Assembly: GCA_963717145.1 (NCBI GenBank)
Contig: OY970325.1
Coordinates: forward strand, 3,392,001-3,456,000
From: an uncultured Armatimonadetes bacterium
GTDB lineage: Bacteria; Armatimonadota; UBA5829; DTJY01
Direction: 5' to 3'
Length of the DNA: 64,000 nt
How positions within the stretch are numbered: the stretch's first letter is position 1; the number at the start of each line of letters is the position of its first letter. Under the pieces are notes generated by a model that saw nothing but the letters and a program-made list of their open reading frames with translations, had not been told where the DNA came from and did no database searches. Position numbers and translations under genes: made by a program. Of this stretch, positions 18,615-29,288 are shown one piece after another.

Positions 18615-20750
18615 ATGCGGTATCTGATCCTGGTTCTTCTGATCACCATCCCAATCACGTGCCGAGGTGAGGCGATGAGTATTCCGAACGATTTTCCACG
18701 GTTCGCGGTCCCCGGCTTCGAGGCGCAGATGGAGAGCCTGCGGGAGATGTATTGGCTGCACTACCCCGGCGCCGGCCCGAAGGCGACTCTGTGGGACCCC
18801 TGGCTCCCCACCCCATCCCTCTGGCCGGCGGTCGAGGGCTCGTCGGAGGCGTTCCGGCAGCAGTGGAACGACACGCTCAGCAACCGGATCATGGACAAGG
18901 AAGGCTACGTCTCTGTCCATCAGCACGCGTCGATCGCCCATCCGCTCGGCTCGGCCGTTCCCGTACTGGCATGGCGGAGAGGGAGGCATGGGCTGGCACT
19001 TCTCTTTCAAGGATACCGTCGACGGTCACTGGCGGCCCAGACCCTGAGCACCACCGAGGGATGGCAGGCACGTGGCATCGAAGACAAGGGCATCGGCGAG
19101 TATGGCTGGGACCTCAAGCTGACCGAGCCGCATGCGATCATCACCGCGCCCGAGCATGACATCGACACCTTTCAGTCGCCGTTCCTGCAGCTCAGATGGA
19201 AGGCGTCCGGCCTCGGAAACGCCAAGCCGTTCATCGAGTGGACGACGAAGGATCAGCCCGCTTTCGGCCCGGACCGGCGTATCTACTTCGATCCCTATGA
19301 GGGCGGCACGATCACCTACACCATGATCCCGATGTACAAGCACGCGAAGTGGAACGGGCATATCACCGGCCTGCGGATCGGGTTCGGCAATCAGATCCCG
19401 GATCAAGTCCGGGACGGCGCTGAGGTGACGGTCCAGGCATTCTTCACCACCTACGACACGCGGCATGACATCAACAGCCAGAACTACGTCATCGGCTGCT
19501 CGACCTACTTCCACTGGACCGGCGACATCAACTTCCTGCGCCGGAACGTCAACCGCATGCGGACCGCTCTCCGATACGTCATGACCGAGCACCAGGCGCT
19601 GGAAAAGAAGTTCGTCTTCAACACCTGGGTCGGCCACGACGGACGCAGCGGCCTGAAATTCGTCGATGGCAAGAAGGAGTTGGCGTACGGGCACGGGATC
19701 GGTGACAACTACTGGGATATCGTCCCCTTCGGCTACAAGGACTGCTATGCGAGCATGATGTACTACGCAGCGCTCCTGAGGTTGGCCGAGATCGAACGTG
19801 AGATCAGGGAGCATCCCGAGTGGAATATGCCGATCGGGACACTCGCCTTCGAGCCGGATATGCTCACCAAACACGCGGCCGAGGTCAAGACGGTCGGTAA
19901 CAAGATGTTCTGGAACCCGAAGACCGGGCGCTTTATCCCCTGCATCGACTCCGAGGGGAAGATCCACGACTACGGCATGACCTCGCCGAACATGGAGGCG
20001 GTCTACTACGATTTCGCCACGCCGGAGCACGCCCGCTCGATCATGGCCTGGCTTAACGGCGATCGAGTCGTCAACGATGACACCGCTCAAGGCGCGGACA
20101 TCTATCACTGGCGGTTTGCGCCCAGAGGAACGACGAAGCGGAACATGGAGTACTATTTCTGGGGCTGGTCTGCGCCCGAATCGCTTGAGTGGGGCGCGCA
20201 GGTGCAGGACGGCGGCGCGGTGCTCGGATGGAGCTACCACGACCTGGTTGACCGGGTGCGGATCCTCGGGCCGGACAACGCCTGGGACCGCCTAAGGGAG
20301 ATAATCCGCTGGTTCGATGAGGTCCAGGCGGCGGGCGGCTACCGGAAGTACTACGACGGCTCGCGGGAGGGAACGCTTCAGGGCGGAGGGACCGCCGGCG
20401 GCCTCGGGCTCGACTCGGAGTTCTTCGAGAGCGTGCTCGTCCCGCAGGTGATGATCGATGGATTCCTCGGCTTCACGCCGATGGTCGACGGCTTCCGGCT
20501 CGATCCGAAGCTTCCCACTTCCTGGCCGGAACTGACGATGGACCGCATCCACTGGCACGACCTGGTCCTGCGCGTGAAGGTCACGAAGGATTCGATCGAG
20601 GTCCATCGGGAGGGCGAAGCTCCGTCTGAGCCATGCTTCATCCGGCTTCCCGAGGGCGACTGGAAGGTCTCCTACCTCAAGACCGATGGGAAGGTCCGCG
20701 AGGGCTCGGCTCAGAGGCGGGCATCCGATGGGGCGTATGAGGTTCATTAG
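18615..20750 (+). CDS. Secreted six-hairpin glycosidase-like protein; compensating indels near 18950 and 19040
   Basis: Signal peptide; YFHWTGD.NFLR, FWNPKTGRF, GFLGFTP...LDPKLP. Confidence 0.6.
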   Translation: MRYLILVLLITIPITCRGEAMSIPNDFPRFAVPGFEAQMESLREMYWLHYPGAGPKATLWDPWLPTPSLWPAVEGSSEAFRQQWNDTLSNRIMDKEGYVSVHQHASIAHPLGSAVPVLAWRRGRHGLALLFQGYRRRSLAAQTLSTTEGWQARGIEDKGIGEYGWDLKLTEPHAIITAPEHDIDTFQSPFLQLRWKASGLGNAKPFIEWTTKDQPAFGPDRRIYFDPYEGGTITYTMIPMYKHAKWNGHITGLRIGFGNQIPDQVRDGAEVTVQAFFTTYDTRHDINSQNYVIGCSTYFHWTGDINFLRRNVNRMRTALRYVMTEHQALEKKFVFNTWVGHDGRSGLKFVDGKKELAYGHGIGDNYWDIVPFGYKDCYASMMYYAALLRLAEIEREIREHPEWNMPIGTLAFEPDMLTKHAAEVKTVGNKMFWNPKTGRFIPCIDSEGKIHDYGMTSPNMEAVYYDFATPEHARSIMAWLNGDRVVNDDTAQGADIYHWRFAPRGTTKRNMEYYFWGWSAPESLEWGAQVQDGGAVLGWSYHDLVDRVRILGPDNAWDRLREIIRWFDEVQAAGGYRKYYDGSREGTLQGGGTAGGLGLDSEFFESVLVPQVMIDGFLGFTPMVDGFRLDPKLPTSWPELTMDRIHWHDLVLRVKVTKDSIEVHREGEAPSEPCFIRLPEGDWKVSYLKTDGKVREGSAQRRASDGAYEVH

Positions 20751-21179
20751 GGCGGGCACGGACGCCGTGAAATTTGTCACAAACCGATGAAACATTTTCG
20801 AGCGCTCGTGCGTCTAAGGAGTTAGAGAAGAGGGCCACCCGTGCTCCGAGCCACTGGCACTCATACAATCGATACGGCGTCAGCAGACTGTCACCTCCCT
20901 TGATGACGTCGAGGGTTACAACAGGCTGAGGCTTCTGTGGTTTGCGAGCGCGTTCTCTTTCTCTCCTGGGGCAGGAGTACAACTCCTGCCCCAACCTATT
21001 TGTGTGCCCCAACTTGTTTGTGGTCGCCCAAGCTTAGTTGTCCTGCCCCAATTCCCTATTCCTTAGCCCGTCTACTCCTGAGTCCGCATCCGGAATCCCA
21101 TTCGTGTGCTGGTACCTTGACAACATGAGCTACCATCCGCAACCGCGACCTCGGGCATGCAAATAACCTGGTTTTCCCC

Positions 21180-21209
21180 ATTAGTCCATTCGTCCCATTC
21201 GTGTTTCCC
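21180..21209. repeat. Right arm of the long-range inverted repeat (partner 17598-17627)
   Basis: attagtccattcgtcccattcgtgtttccc. Confidence 0.75.
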
Positions 21210-21215
21210 GAAAGA

Positions 21216-21245
21216 TTGACACTCCAGAGTAGCCGGTGATAGACT
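21216..21245 (+). promoter_or_regulatory. Sigma70 promoter of galE
   Basis: TTGACA-18-TAGACT with extended TG. Confidence 0.55.
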
Positions 21246-21268
21246 TGGCTCGGAATGGAGGCTCACCG

Positions 21269-22253
21269 ATGATTCTTGTCACAGGCGGCGCGGGGTATAT
21301 CGGCTCACATACGGTCAAGCTGCTGCTCGAAACCGGCCGCGAGACGGTCACGTTCGACAACATGGAGTTCGGGCATCCGGAGGCAGTGGTCGGCGGCGAG
21401 ATCGTCCACGGCGACTTGATGAGCATCGAGTCGCTGAACTCGGCGTTCGACAAGTACCCGATCGACGCAGTCGTCCACTTCGCGGCATATGCGTCCGTCG
21501 GCGATTCGGTTGCCCGGCCTCAGAGATACTTCCGGAACAACATCAACGGCGGGCTGAACCTGCTGCAGACGATGCTCGATCACGGCGTCAAGCGGATGAT
21601 CTTCTCGTCCAGCGCCTCGACCTTCGGCGAGCCGAACTACATCCCGATGGATGAAAACCATCCCCAGAATCCGGTGAACCCCTACGGCGAGTCGAAGCTG
21701 ATGTACGAGAAGATCCTGAAGCTGGTACGATGTGGCCTACGGGGTGAAGTCGGTCTGGCTTCGATACTTCAACGCATCCGGCGCGGATCCGAGCGGCAAG
21801 ATCGGCGAGGACCATGCGCCGGAAGAGCATCTGATCCCCATCGTGCTGCAAGTCCCGCTCGGCAAGCGGGAGAGCGTCAAGGTGTTCGGCACGGACTGGG
21901 ATACGCCGGACGGCACGTGCCTCCGCGACTACATCCACGTGAACGACCTCGCGGAGACGCACGTCCTGGCCCTCAAGGCGCTCGAACAGGGAGCGGCGAC
22001 GACGGCCTACAACCTGGGGAACGGCGACGGCTACTCGGTTAAGCAGGTGATCGAGACGGCGGAGAAGGTGGTCGGCCGCAAGATCGCATGGGAGCCTGCG
22101 CCGAGGCGTCCGGGCGACCCTGCGCGTCTGGTGGCAAGTTCGGAGAAGCTTCGGAAAGAGTTGCACTGGCAGCCGAAGTTCCCGCGCCTCGAGGAGATCA
22201 TCGAGACAGCTTGGCGCTGGCATAGCAGCCACCCGAATGGATATGAAGGTTAG
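21269..22253 (+). CDS. galE: UDP-glucose 4-epimerase, frameshift near 21725
   Basis: [20 protein letters not shown]; continues LRYFNASGA...[11 protein letters not shown] in another frame. Confidence 0.93.
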
Positions 22254-22263
22254 TCACGCTTGG

Positions 22264-22351
22264 CCGATGCTGCGGGAATGCTTCTCTTTCCCGCAGCAGG
22301 GGTAACTTGGAGGCTCTGCTGCGGGAAAGAAAAGCATTCCCGCAGCATCGG
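22264..22351. repeat. REP-like doublet (36-bp arms)
   Basis: ccgatgctgcgggaatgcttctctttcccgcagcag / ctgctgcgggaaagaaaagcattcccgcagcatcgg. Confidence 0.85.
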
Positions 22352-22376
22352 AACAGGTGTGAGTAGGAGTACCTCA

Positions 22377-23801
22377 ATGCCTCGTCCAAACATACTCTGG
22401 ATCTGCACCGACCAGCAGCGGTTCGATACGATCCGCGCTTTCGGTAACCCGCATATCAACACGCCGAACCTCGACCGGCTCGTCGCCGAGGGAGTTGCCT
22501 TCACGAACGCGTTCGCCCAGAGCCCGGTATGCACGCCGAGCCGAGCCTCCTTCCTCACGGGACGGTATCCTCGCACGACCCGCGCCCGTCAAAACGGCCA
22601 GTGTATCCCCGAGGACGAAGTGCTCGTCACGAAGATGCTCGCGGATCAGGGCTATGACTGCGGGCTCTCCGGCAAGCTCCATCTCTCCGCGTGCTGCAGG
22701 CGGGTCGAGCAGCGGATCAATGACGGCTACCGGGAATTCCACTGGAGCCATCACCCGAACCCCGACTGGCCGGAGAACGCGTACATCCACTGGCTGGAGT
22801 CGAAGGGCTACCATTGGAAGGACCTCTACGAGGGATCGAAGGGCAGGAACGTCTTCCCCGGCGTCCCGGCCGAACTGCATCAGACGACATGGTGCATCGA
22901 GAAAGCGATGGAGTTCATCGAGGAGGAGCGCGAGGGCCCCTGGTGCATGAGCGTTAACATCTTCGATCCGCATCACCCGTTCGATCCACCGCAGGAATAC
23001 CTCGACCGCTATGATCCGGACAAGCTCCCGGATCCGAAATACAGGCCCGGCGAACTCGACAACAAGCCGTTCTTTCAGCGCATCGACCACGACAGCGCGT
23101 ATGGAGGCAGATGTCTCGGCTACAGCAAGATGACTCCCCGGGAACGCCGCGAAGTCACCGCCGCATACTACGCGATGGTCGAGCTGATCGATGAGAACGT
23201 CGGTCGGATCATGCGCATGCTCGACGAAACAGGCCGGCGCGAGAACACGATCGTCATATTCCAGAGCGATCACGGCGAACTGCTGGGCGACCACGGCATA
23301 TACCTGAAGGGCCCTCACATGTACGACTGCTCGGTGCGCGTGCCGCTGATTCTCTCGTGGCCCGGGCATTTCAAGAGCGGGCTGATGAGTGATGCCCTGG
23401 TCGAACTGGTGGACATCGTGCCGACGCTCCTCACAGCCGTCGGGATGCCGATTCCGAGTCGCGTGCAGGGCAAGTCGTTCTACGATATCTGCACCGGAGA
23501 GGCCGATCCGCATACCCATCGAGACTCGGTGTTCACGGAGTTCTACATCTCGCAGCCGTTCCACAAGCAATTCGATCCTCAGGCCTACGCGACGATGGTC
23601 CGCACCCGCACGTATAAGCTAGTGGTCTATCACGGCATGGACGAGGGCGAGATGTACGACTTGAGCGCGGATCCGGACGAGTTCGATAACCTGTGGGACA
23701 GCCCGACGCACAAGGATGTAAAGCTCGAGATGATGAAGAAGTGCTTTGACAGAAGTGTGTTCACGATGGACCCTCTGCCTGACCGAATCGCGGAGTACTA
23801 G
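22377..23801 (+). CDS. Sulfatase (S1), no signal peptide
   Basis: PNILWICTDQQR, CTPSR, GKLH, SDHG. Confidence 0.93.
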   Translation: MPRPNILWICTDQQRFDTIRAFGNPHINTPNLDRLVAEGVAFTNAFAQSPVCTPSRASFLTGRYPRTTRARQNGQCIPEDEVLVTKMLADQGYDCGLSGKLHLSACCRRVEQRINDGYREFHWSHHPNPDWPENAYIHWLESKGYHWKDLYEGSKGRNVFPGVPAELHQTTWCIEKAMEFIEEEREGPWCMSVNIFDPHHPFDPPQEYLDRYDPDKLPDPKYRPGELDNKPFFQRIDHDSAYGGRCLGYSKMTPRERREVTAAYYAMVELIDENVGRIMRMLDETGRRENTIVIFQSDHGELLGDHGIYLKGPHMYDCSVRVPLILSWPGHFKSGLMSDALVELVDIVPTLLTAVGMPIPSRVQGKSFYDICTGEADPHTHRDSVFTEFYISQPFHKQFDPQAYATMVRTRTYKLVVYHGMDEGEMYDLSADPDEFDNLWDSPTHKDVKLEMMKKCFDRSVFTMDPLPDRIAEY

Positions 23802-23802
23802 A

Positions 23803-23885
23803 TGCCCTCAACGTTGTAGGGGCGTGCCTTGTGCCGCCCATAGCAGTCTGGCGGCACAAGGCACGCCCCTACAACGTTGAGGGCA
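23803..23885. repeat. GTAG-REP doublet with extended perfect 36-bp arms
   Basis: tgccctcaacgttgtaggggcgtgccttgtgccgcc and its reverse complement. Confidence 0.9.
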
Positions 23886-23901
23886 ACACAGGAGTAACAA
23901 C

Positions 23902-25416
23902 ATGGCGAAGGACGATGGCCTGACGCGGCGTGATTTCATAAAGGGGGCCGGAGCGGCCTCGATCGGGCTCGCGATTGCGAGTCGCGGTAAAGCCCAGGCC
24001 GAAACAGAGGCTACCACGGACCGTCCGAACATCCTATGGATATGCACCGACCAGCAGCGTTCTGACACGATCGGCTCGCTGGGCAACAAGCACATCCGCA
24101 CGCCGAATATCGACCGCCTGGCGTCCGAGGGAGTGGCGTTCACCCATGCCTACTGCCAGAGTCCGGTCTGCACGCCGAGCAGAGCCTCGTTCCTGACCGG
24201 GCGATATCCCCGCACGACTCGCGCTCATGACAACGGCCAGAATATTCCGGCCGATGAGGTGCTCGTCACCAAGATGCTCGCGGATGCCGGTTATGACTGC
24301 GGACTCTCGGGGAAGCTGCACCTCTCCGCATGCAACGGACGAGTCGAGAAACGCATCGACGACGGGTACCGCGTGTTCCATTGGAGTCACGGTCCGTCCG
24401 GGCACTGGAAGGACAATGCCTACATCCAATGGCTGGAGTCGAAGGGCTACAAGTGGGACGACCTCTATCATCCCGAGGGTCACGCCTGGGCCGGAATACC
24501 GGCGGAACTGCATCAGACGAAGTGGTGCATCGACAAGGCGATCGACTTCATCAATGAGGACCGCAAGGGTCCCTGGCTGATGAGCGTCAACATCTACGCG
24601 CCGCATCATCCATTCGATCCGCCGAAGGAGTACCTGGACCGTTATGACCCCGATACCCTGCCCGATCCCGACTACAGGGATGGCGAACTGGCTGACAAGC
24701 CGTCGTTCCAGGGCGCCGGTCACGACGGCTCGGACGGTCGGCCGTCGTTCAGCAAGATGACTCCCCGCGAGCGGAGAGAGATCAAGGCCGCCTACTACGC
24801 GATGATCGAGCAGATCGATGACAACGTCGGCCGAATCCTGAAGATGCTCGACGACACGGGCCGGCGGAAGAATACGATCGTTATCTTTATGAGCGATCAC
24901 GGCGAACTGCTCGGCGACCATGGGATATTCCTGAAGGGGCCGTACACCTACGATTGCTCGGTCCGCGTGCCACTGATTATCTCGTGGCCGGGACACTTCA
25001 GGCAGGGGGTCAGGAGCGACGCGTTCGTCGAGTTGCTCGATATCGCACCGACTCTGCTCACCGCCGCGGGGATGCCAATCCCGGATCGAGTCCAGGGCAG
25101 ACCGCTGACTGACCTTCTTGCGGGCAAGACGGACAAGCACAGGGACCACGTCTTCTGCGAGTCATACGGCGTCAAGGTCGGTTCCACCGAACCGAGCCTC
25201 AACGTTTCGATGGTGCGCACCCGGACGCACAAGATCGCTGTGTGCCACGGAACCGGCGAGGGTGAATTGTACGACTTGCAGGCCGATCCCGGCGAGCACG
25301 AGAACCTGTGGCACAGCTCGGCTCATGCGGGATTGAAGGCAGAGATGATGGCGCTCTGCTTCGATGCGAGCATCGCGACAATCGACCCGATCCCGGAGCG
25401 GATCGCGCCGTGGTAG
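23902..25416 (+). CDS. Tat-exported sulfatase, paralog of 22377
   Basis: TRRDFIK, CTPSR. Confidence 0.93.
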   Translation: MAKDDGLTRRDFIKGAGAASIGLAIASRGKAQAETEATTDRPNILWICTDQQRSDTIGSLGNKHIRTPNIDRLASEGVAFTHAYCQSPVCTPSRASFLTGRYPRTTRAHDNGQNIPADEVLVTKMLADAGYDCGLSGKLHLSACNGRVEKRIDDGYRVFHWSHGPSGHWKDNAYIQWLESKGYKWDDLYHPEGHAWAGIPAELHQTKWCIDKAIDFINEDRKGPWLMSVNIYAPHHPFDPPKEYLDRYDPDTLPDPDYRDGELADKPSFQGAGHDGSDGRPSFSKMTPRERREIKAAYYAMIEQIDDNVGRILKMLDDTGRRKNTIVIFMSDHGELLGDHGIFLKGPYTYDCSVRVPLIISWPGHFRQGVRSDAFVELLDIAPTLLTAAGMPIPDRVQGRPLTDLLAGKTDKHRDHVFCESYGVKVGSTEPSLNVSMVRTRTHKIAVCHGTGEGELYDLQADPGEHENLWHSSAHAGLKAEMMALCFDASIATIDPIPERIAPW

Positions 25417-25460
25417 ACGTATGGGACATATGGGACGCATGGGACCGATAGGAGGCATAC

Positions 25461-26948
25461 ATGACAGCCGATAACGCCATGACGCGACGGGAGTTCATCA
25501 GAACGGCAGGCACGGCCGCAGCAGGGCTGGCGCTGACGAGCTTTGGGGTGCTGCCCTCAGAGGCGGCGGCTGACGAGCGGCCGAATATCCTCTTCGTCAT
25601 CGCCGATGACTGGTCTTATCCCCATGCTGGGGCATACGGCGACAAGGTCGTCAAGACGCCGAACTTCGACCGTGTGGCGAGGGAGGGGGCACTGTTCACC
25701 GGCTCCTACTGCGCCGCTCCGACGTGTACGGCATCGAGGGCCGGCATCCTGACCGGTCAGTGGGTCCATCGCCTGGACGAAGGGGCTAATCTGAATTGCT
25801 TCCTGCCCAGCAGGTTCAAGTGCTATCCCGACATCCTGGAGGAAGCCGGCTACTCCGTCGGTCAGACCGGCAAGGCGTGGTCACCGGGGACGCTGGAGGG
25901 CAGCGGCCGGACGCGCAACCCCGCCGGCCCCGGGTTCAAGGACTTCAGTACGTTCCTCGACCAGGCACCCAAGGACGCGCCTTTCTGCTTCTGGTTCGGC
26001 AGCACGAACCCTCACCGGCCCTATGAGTTGGGAACAGGCGCCGGATCGGGCATGAAGGCTGAAGATGTGACGGTCCCCGGCTTCCTGCCCGACACGCCGG
26101 AGGTCCGCAACGACATTCTGGACTACTACTACGAGGTCCAGCTCTTTGACCGGCAGCTCGGCGAGCAGCTTGCCGTCCTCGATGAGCGAGGCCTGGTGGC
26201 GAACACCATCGTCGTCGTGACGAGCGACAACGGGATGCCGTTCCCGCGCTCGAAGGCCAATACCTATGATATCAGTTGCCACATGCCACTCGCCATCCGC
26301 TGGCCCGCGAAGGTCAAGGGCGGACGCAAGGTCGGCGGCTTCGTGAGTCACACCGACTTCGCCCCCACGTTCCTGGAGGCGGCCGGGATCAAGCCGCCGT
26401 CGGACATGACCGGCAAGAGCCTGGCAGGAGTGCTGACCAGGGGCAAGTCGCCGGAGCGAGACTGCATCTTCCTGGAGCGCGAGCGTCATGCCAACGTCCG
26501 CAAGGACAACGTGGCTTATCCCATGCGGGGCGTCCGCACGAACGACTTCCACTACATCTGGAATCCTTTTGCCGAGCGATGGCCGGCCGGAGATCCCAAG
26601 GAGTATACGCCCCAGGCGCTCGGCTTCGGGGATATCGACGGTAGCCCGACCAAGACACTGGTAGTCACCAGGCATGAGGAAGAGGGCATCGCGAAATACT
26701 CCCATCTGGCGATCGGTAAGCGCCCGGAGGAGGAGTTGTATGACCTCAAGAAGGATCCCTGGCAACTCGACAACGTCGCCGACAAGCCCGAGTATGCGGC
26801 GGCCAGGAAGGAGATGCGCGCGCGGCTCGACAAGTGGATGAAGGAGACCGGCGATCCCCGGGCAGTCAATCCTCGCGACGAGCGGTGGGACAAGTACATG
26901 TATCGCAACGCGGGGCTGACTCCCAAACCGCCGGCAATTGGCAAGTAG
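25461..26948 (+). CDS. Tat sulfatase (N-sulfoglucosamine sulfohydrolase-like)
   Basis: TRREFIR, CTASR, SDNGMPFPRSK, RERH. Confidence 0.9.
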   Translation: MTADNAMTRREFIRTAGTAAAGLALTSFGVLPSEAAADERPNILFVIADDWSYPHAGAYGDKVVKTPNFDRVAREGALFTGSYCAAPTCTASRAGILTGQWVHRLDEGANLNCFLPSRFKCYPDILEEAGYSVGQTGKAWSPGTLEGSGRTRNPAGPGFKDFSTFLDQAPKDAPFCFWFGSTNPHRPYELGTGAGSGMKAEDVTVPGFLPDTPEVRNDILDYYYEVQLFDRQLGEQLAVLDERGLVANTIVVVTSDNGMPFPRSKANTYDISCHMPLAIRWPAKVKGGRKVGGFVSHTDFAPTFLEAAGIKPPSDMTGKSLAGVLTRGKSPERDCIFLERERHANVRKDNVAYPMRGVRTNDFHYIWNPFAERWPAGDPKEYTPQALGFGDIDGSPTKTLVVTRHEEEGIAKYSHLAIGKRPEEELYDLKKDPWQLDNVADKPEYAAARKEMRARLDKWMKETGDPRAVNPRDERWDKYMYRNAGLTPKPPAIGK

Positions 26949-26977
26949 GGTAACCGTCCTTCGATATGCTTAGCAGC

Positions 26978-27028
26978 GATCTCAGGCGACTCCGTCGCCG
27001 GCGGCCGGCGACGGAGTCGCCTGAGATC
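26978..27028. repeat. 51-bp perfect palindrome, copy 2
   Basis: Identical to copy 1. Confidence 0.95.
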
Positions 27029-27071
27029 AGGAGCGCCCGTGTCCTCATGGGCACTTCGGCAGGAGAGATAG

Positions 27072-28543
27072 ATGGGTAGCACCAGACGAGAGTTCATAAA
27101 GGCCGGCCGGAACCGCGGCGGCGGGGATCGCGCTGAGCAGCTTCGGAGTCCTGCCGTCGGAAGCAGCGGGCGACGAGCGGCCGAACATCCTCTTCATCAT
27201 CGCCGACGACTGGTCCTATCCGCATGCAGGCATCCTCGGCGACAAGGTGGTGAAGACGCCGAACTTCGATAAGGTCGCAAAGGAAGGTGTCCTGTTCACG
27301 AATTCGCACTGCGCCGCCCCGACGTGCACGGCATCGAGGGGCGGGAGTCCTCACCGGCCAGGCAATCCATCGGCTCGACGAGGGCGCGAACCTCTACGGC
27401 TTCCTCCCGGGCAGGTTCAAAACATACCCGGACATGCTGGAGGCTCAGGGGTACTTCATCGGACTGAACAGCAAGGGATGGGCGCCCGGACCGCTCGAAG
27501 GCCGGCACCCGCAATCCCGCCGGTCCGGAGTTCGTCAACTTCAAGGAGTTCATTACCCAGGCCCCGAAGGACAAGCCGTTCTGTTTCTGGTTCGGCAGCC
27601 ACTTCCCGCACCGGGACTATGAAGCCAGGCTCCGGCGCAAGGTCAGGGATGAAGCCGGAGGACGTGGAAGTGCCGCCGTTCTTCCCGGACACGCCCGAGG
27701 TCCGGAACGACATCCTCGACTACTACCTGGAGGTCCAGCGGTTCGACGAGCAGGTCGGCGCGATCCTCAAGAACTTGGAGTTATCGGGACGCGCCGAGAA
27801 CACGATCGTGGTCATCACCAGCGACAATGGCATGCCGTTCCCGCGGTCGAAGGCCAATCTCTACGAGATCGGCACGCACATGCCGCTTGCCATCCGGTGG
27901 CCCGCGAAGGTGAAGGCCGGGCGCACGGTCGATGACACCCGTCGGCCACACGGATTTCGCACCGACGTTCCTCGAGGCCGCGGGGCTCAAACCGACCCCT
28001 GAGATGGATGGAAAGAGCCTGATTGGTGTCTTGACGAAGGGCGAGCCGCTCGGCCGTGATGCGGTATTCATCGAGCGGGAGAGGCATGTGAACTGCCGGA
28101 AGGGCGACTTAGCGTATCCGGCTCGGGCGGTCAGAACAAAGGATTTCCTCTACATTCGCAACTTCCGGCCCGGGTTGTGGCCCGCCGGTGACCCGGAGAT
28201 GTGGGTGGCGGTCGGCCCATTCGGCGACATCGACACCAGCCCGACCAAGTACCAGTTGCTGGACGAGAGATACGATCCGAAGATCAAGCCGTACTTCGAA
28301 CTGGCGACTGCCATGCGCCCTGCCGAGGAGCTTTTCGACCTCAGGAAGGACCCCTGGACACTCCGCAATATAGCCGAAGACCCGGAGTATGCGGAGACCA
28401 GGAAAACGCTATCGGAACAACTGAGGGCCTGGATGACGACGACTGACGATCCGCGCGCGATTGATCCCAACGATGCCCGCTGGGATGAGTATGCATACCC
28501 CGGCAACCTCGGCGAGTGGGTCATCAAGAAGCCGAAGAAGTAA
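27072..28543 (+). CDS. Tat sulfatase, paralog of 25461, several frameshifts (errors or pseudogene)
   Basis: TRREFIK, CTASR, SDNGMPFPRSK split over frames. Confidence 0.8.
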
Positions 28544-28563
28544 CGCTTAGAGGTCGATGCACT

Positions 28564-29268
28564 ATGGAACGACCGGCAGCTAACCGAGCACGCTCTGCCG
28601 ATCTGTGGGTGACGGCGGCGATCCTGGCGACTTGCCTGGGCTTGTTCGCTGCTAGATGGCTGGTCGCAGGCCGGTTGTGGGGCGTGCGATGGGACTTCCT
28701 TGCGTCGTGGTTCGATGGGCCTGCCGGCAGAGGGTTTGTTGACTGGGGATTCGTGTTCTGGAGCTACCTTGCCGGCATATTCGGATGCTCGGCCTGCATC
28801 TATGCGTTGGCCCGTAGATTGGGCGGCGTAAGGTGGATGTGGGTACTGGCAATACCGCTTGCTGTGATGCCGCTATTGGGACTGCAGCGCAGTCCATCGA
28901 AGTGGGACGTTCCGGTGGTGATCCGGAATGCAGAGCCACTCATCCTGGCACTTGGCAAGTACCGACAGGATCACGGAGCGTATCCTCTGGCTCTAGGCGA
29001 TCTGGTTCCCGAGCATATCAAGGCCATACCTGACACAGGCTTGATCCAGGGCCGGCGATTTGTATACATACGGAAGGATGCGAAGCCCACATCGGAAGAT
29101 GATCTGAGGCACCTCACCAGGACGACGAGGAAGCTAGCTGGCAATACCTATGCGCTGGCCGTGCCCCTGATACCGGCTGGAACACTTGTCTACCGCCCGA
29201 ATGGCGACTATCAGGACCTGCCGGGGCGGGACGCAGGTAAGGGCTGGCGCTGGACAGGCATCGACTAG
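28564..29268 (+). CDS. Hypothetical membrane protein
   Basis: About 3 TM segments followed by ALGKYRQDHGAYP..L.DLVPEHI. Confidence 0.6.
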   Translation: MERPAANRARSADLWVTAAILATCLGLFAARWLVAGRLWGVRWDFLASWFDGPAGRGFVDWGFVFWSYLAGIFGCSACIYALARRLGGVRWMWVLAIPLAVMPLLGLQRSPSKWDVPVVIRNAEPLILALGKYRQDHGAYPLALGDLVPEHIKAIPDTGLIQGRRFVYIRKDAKPTSEDDLRHLTRTTRKLAGNTYALAVPLIPAGTLVYRPNGDYQDLPGRDAGKGWRWTGID

Positions 29269-29288
29269 CAGGAGAATGAGCGACGAAC

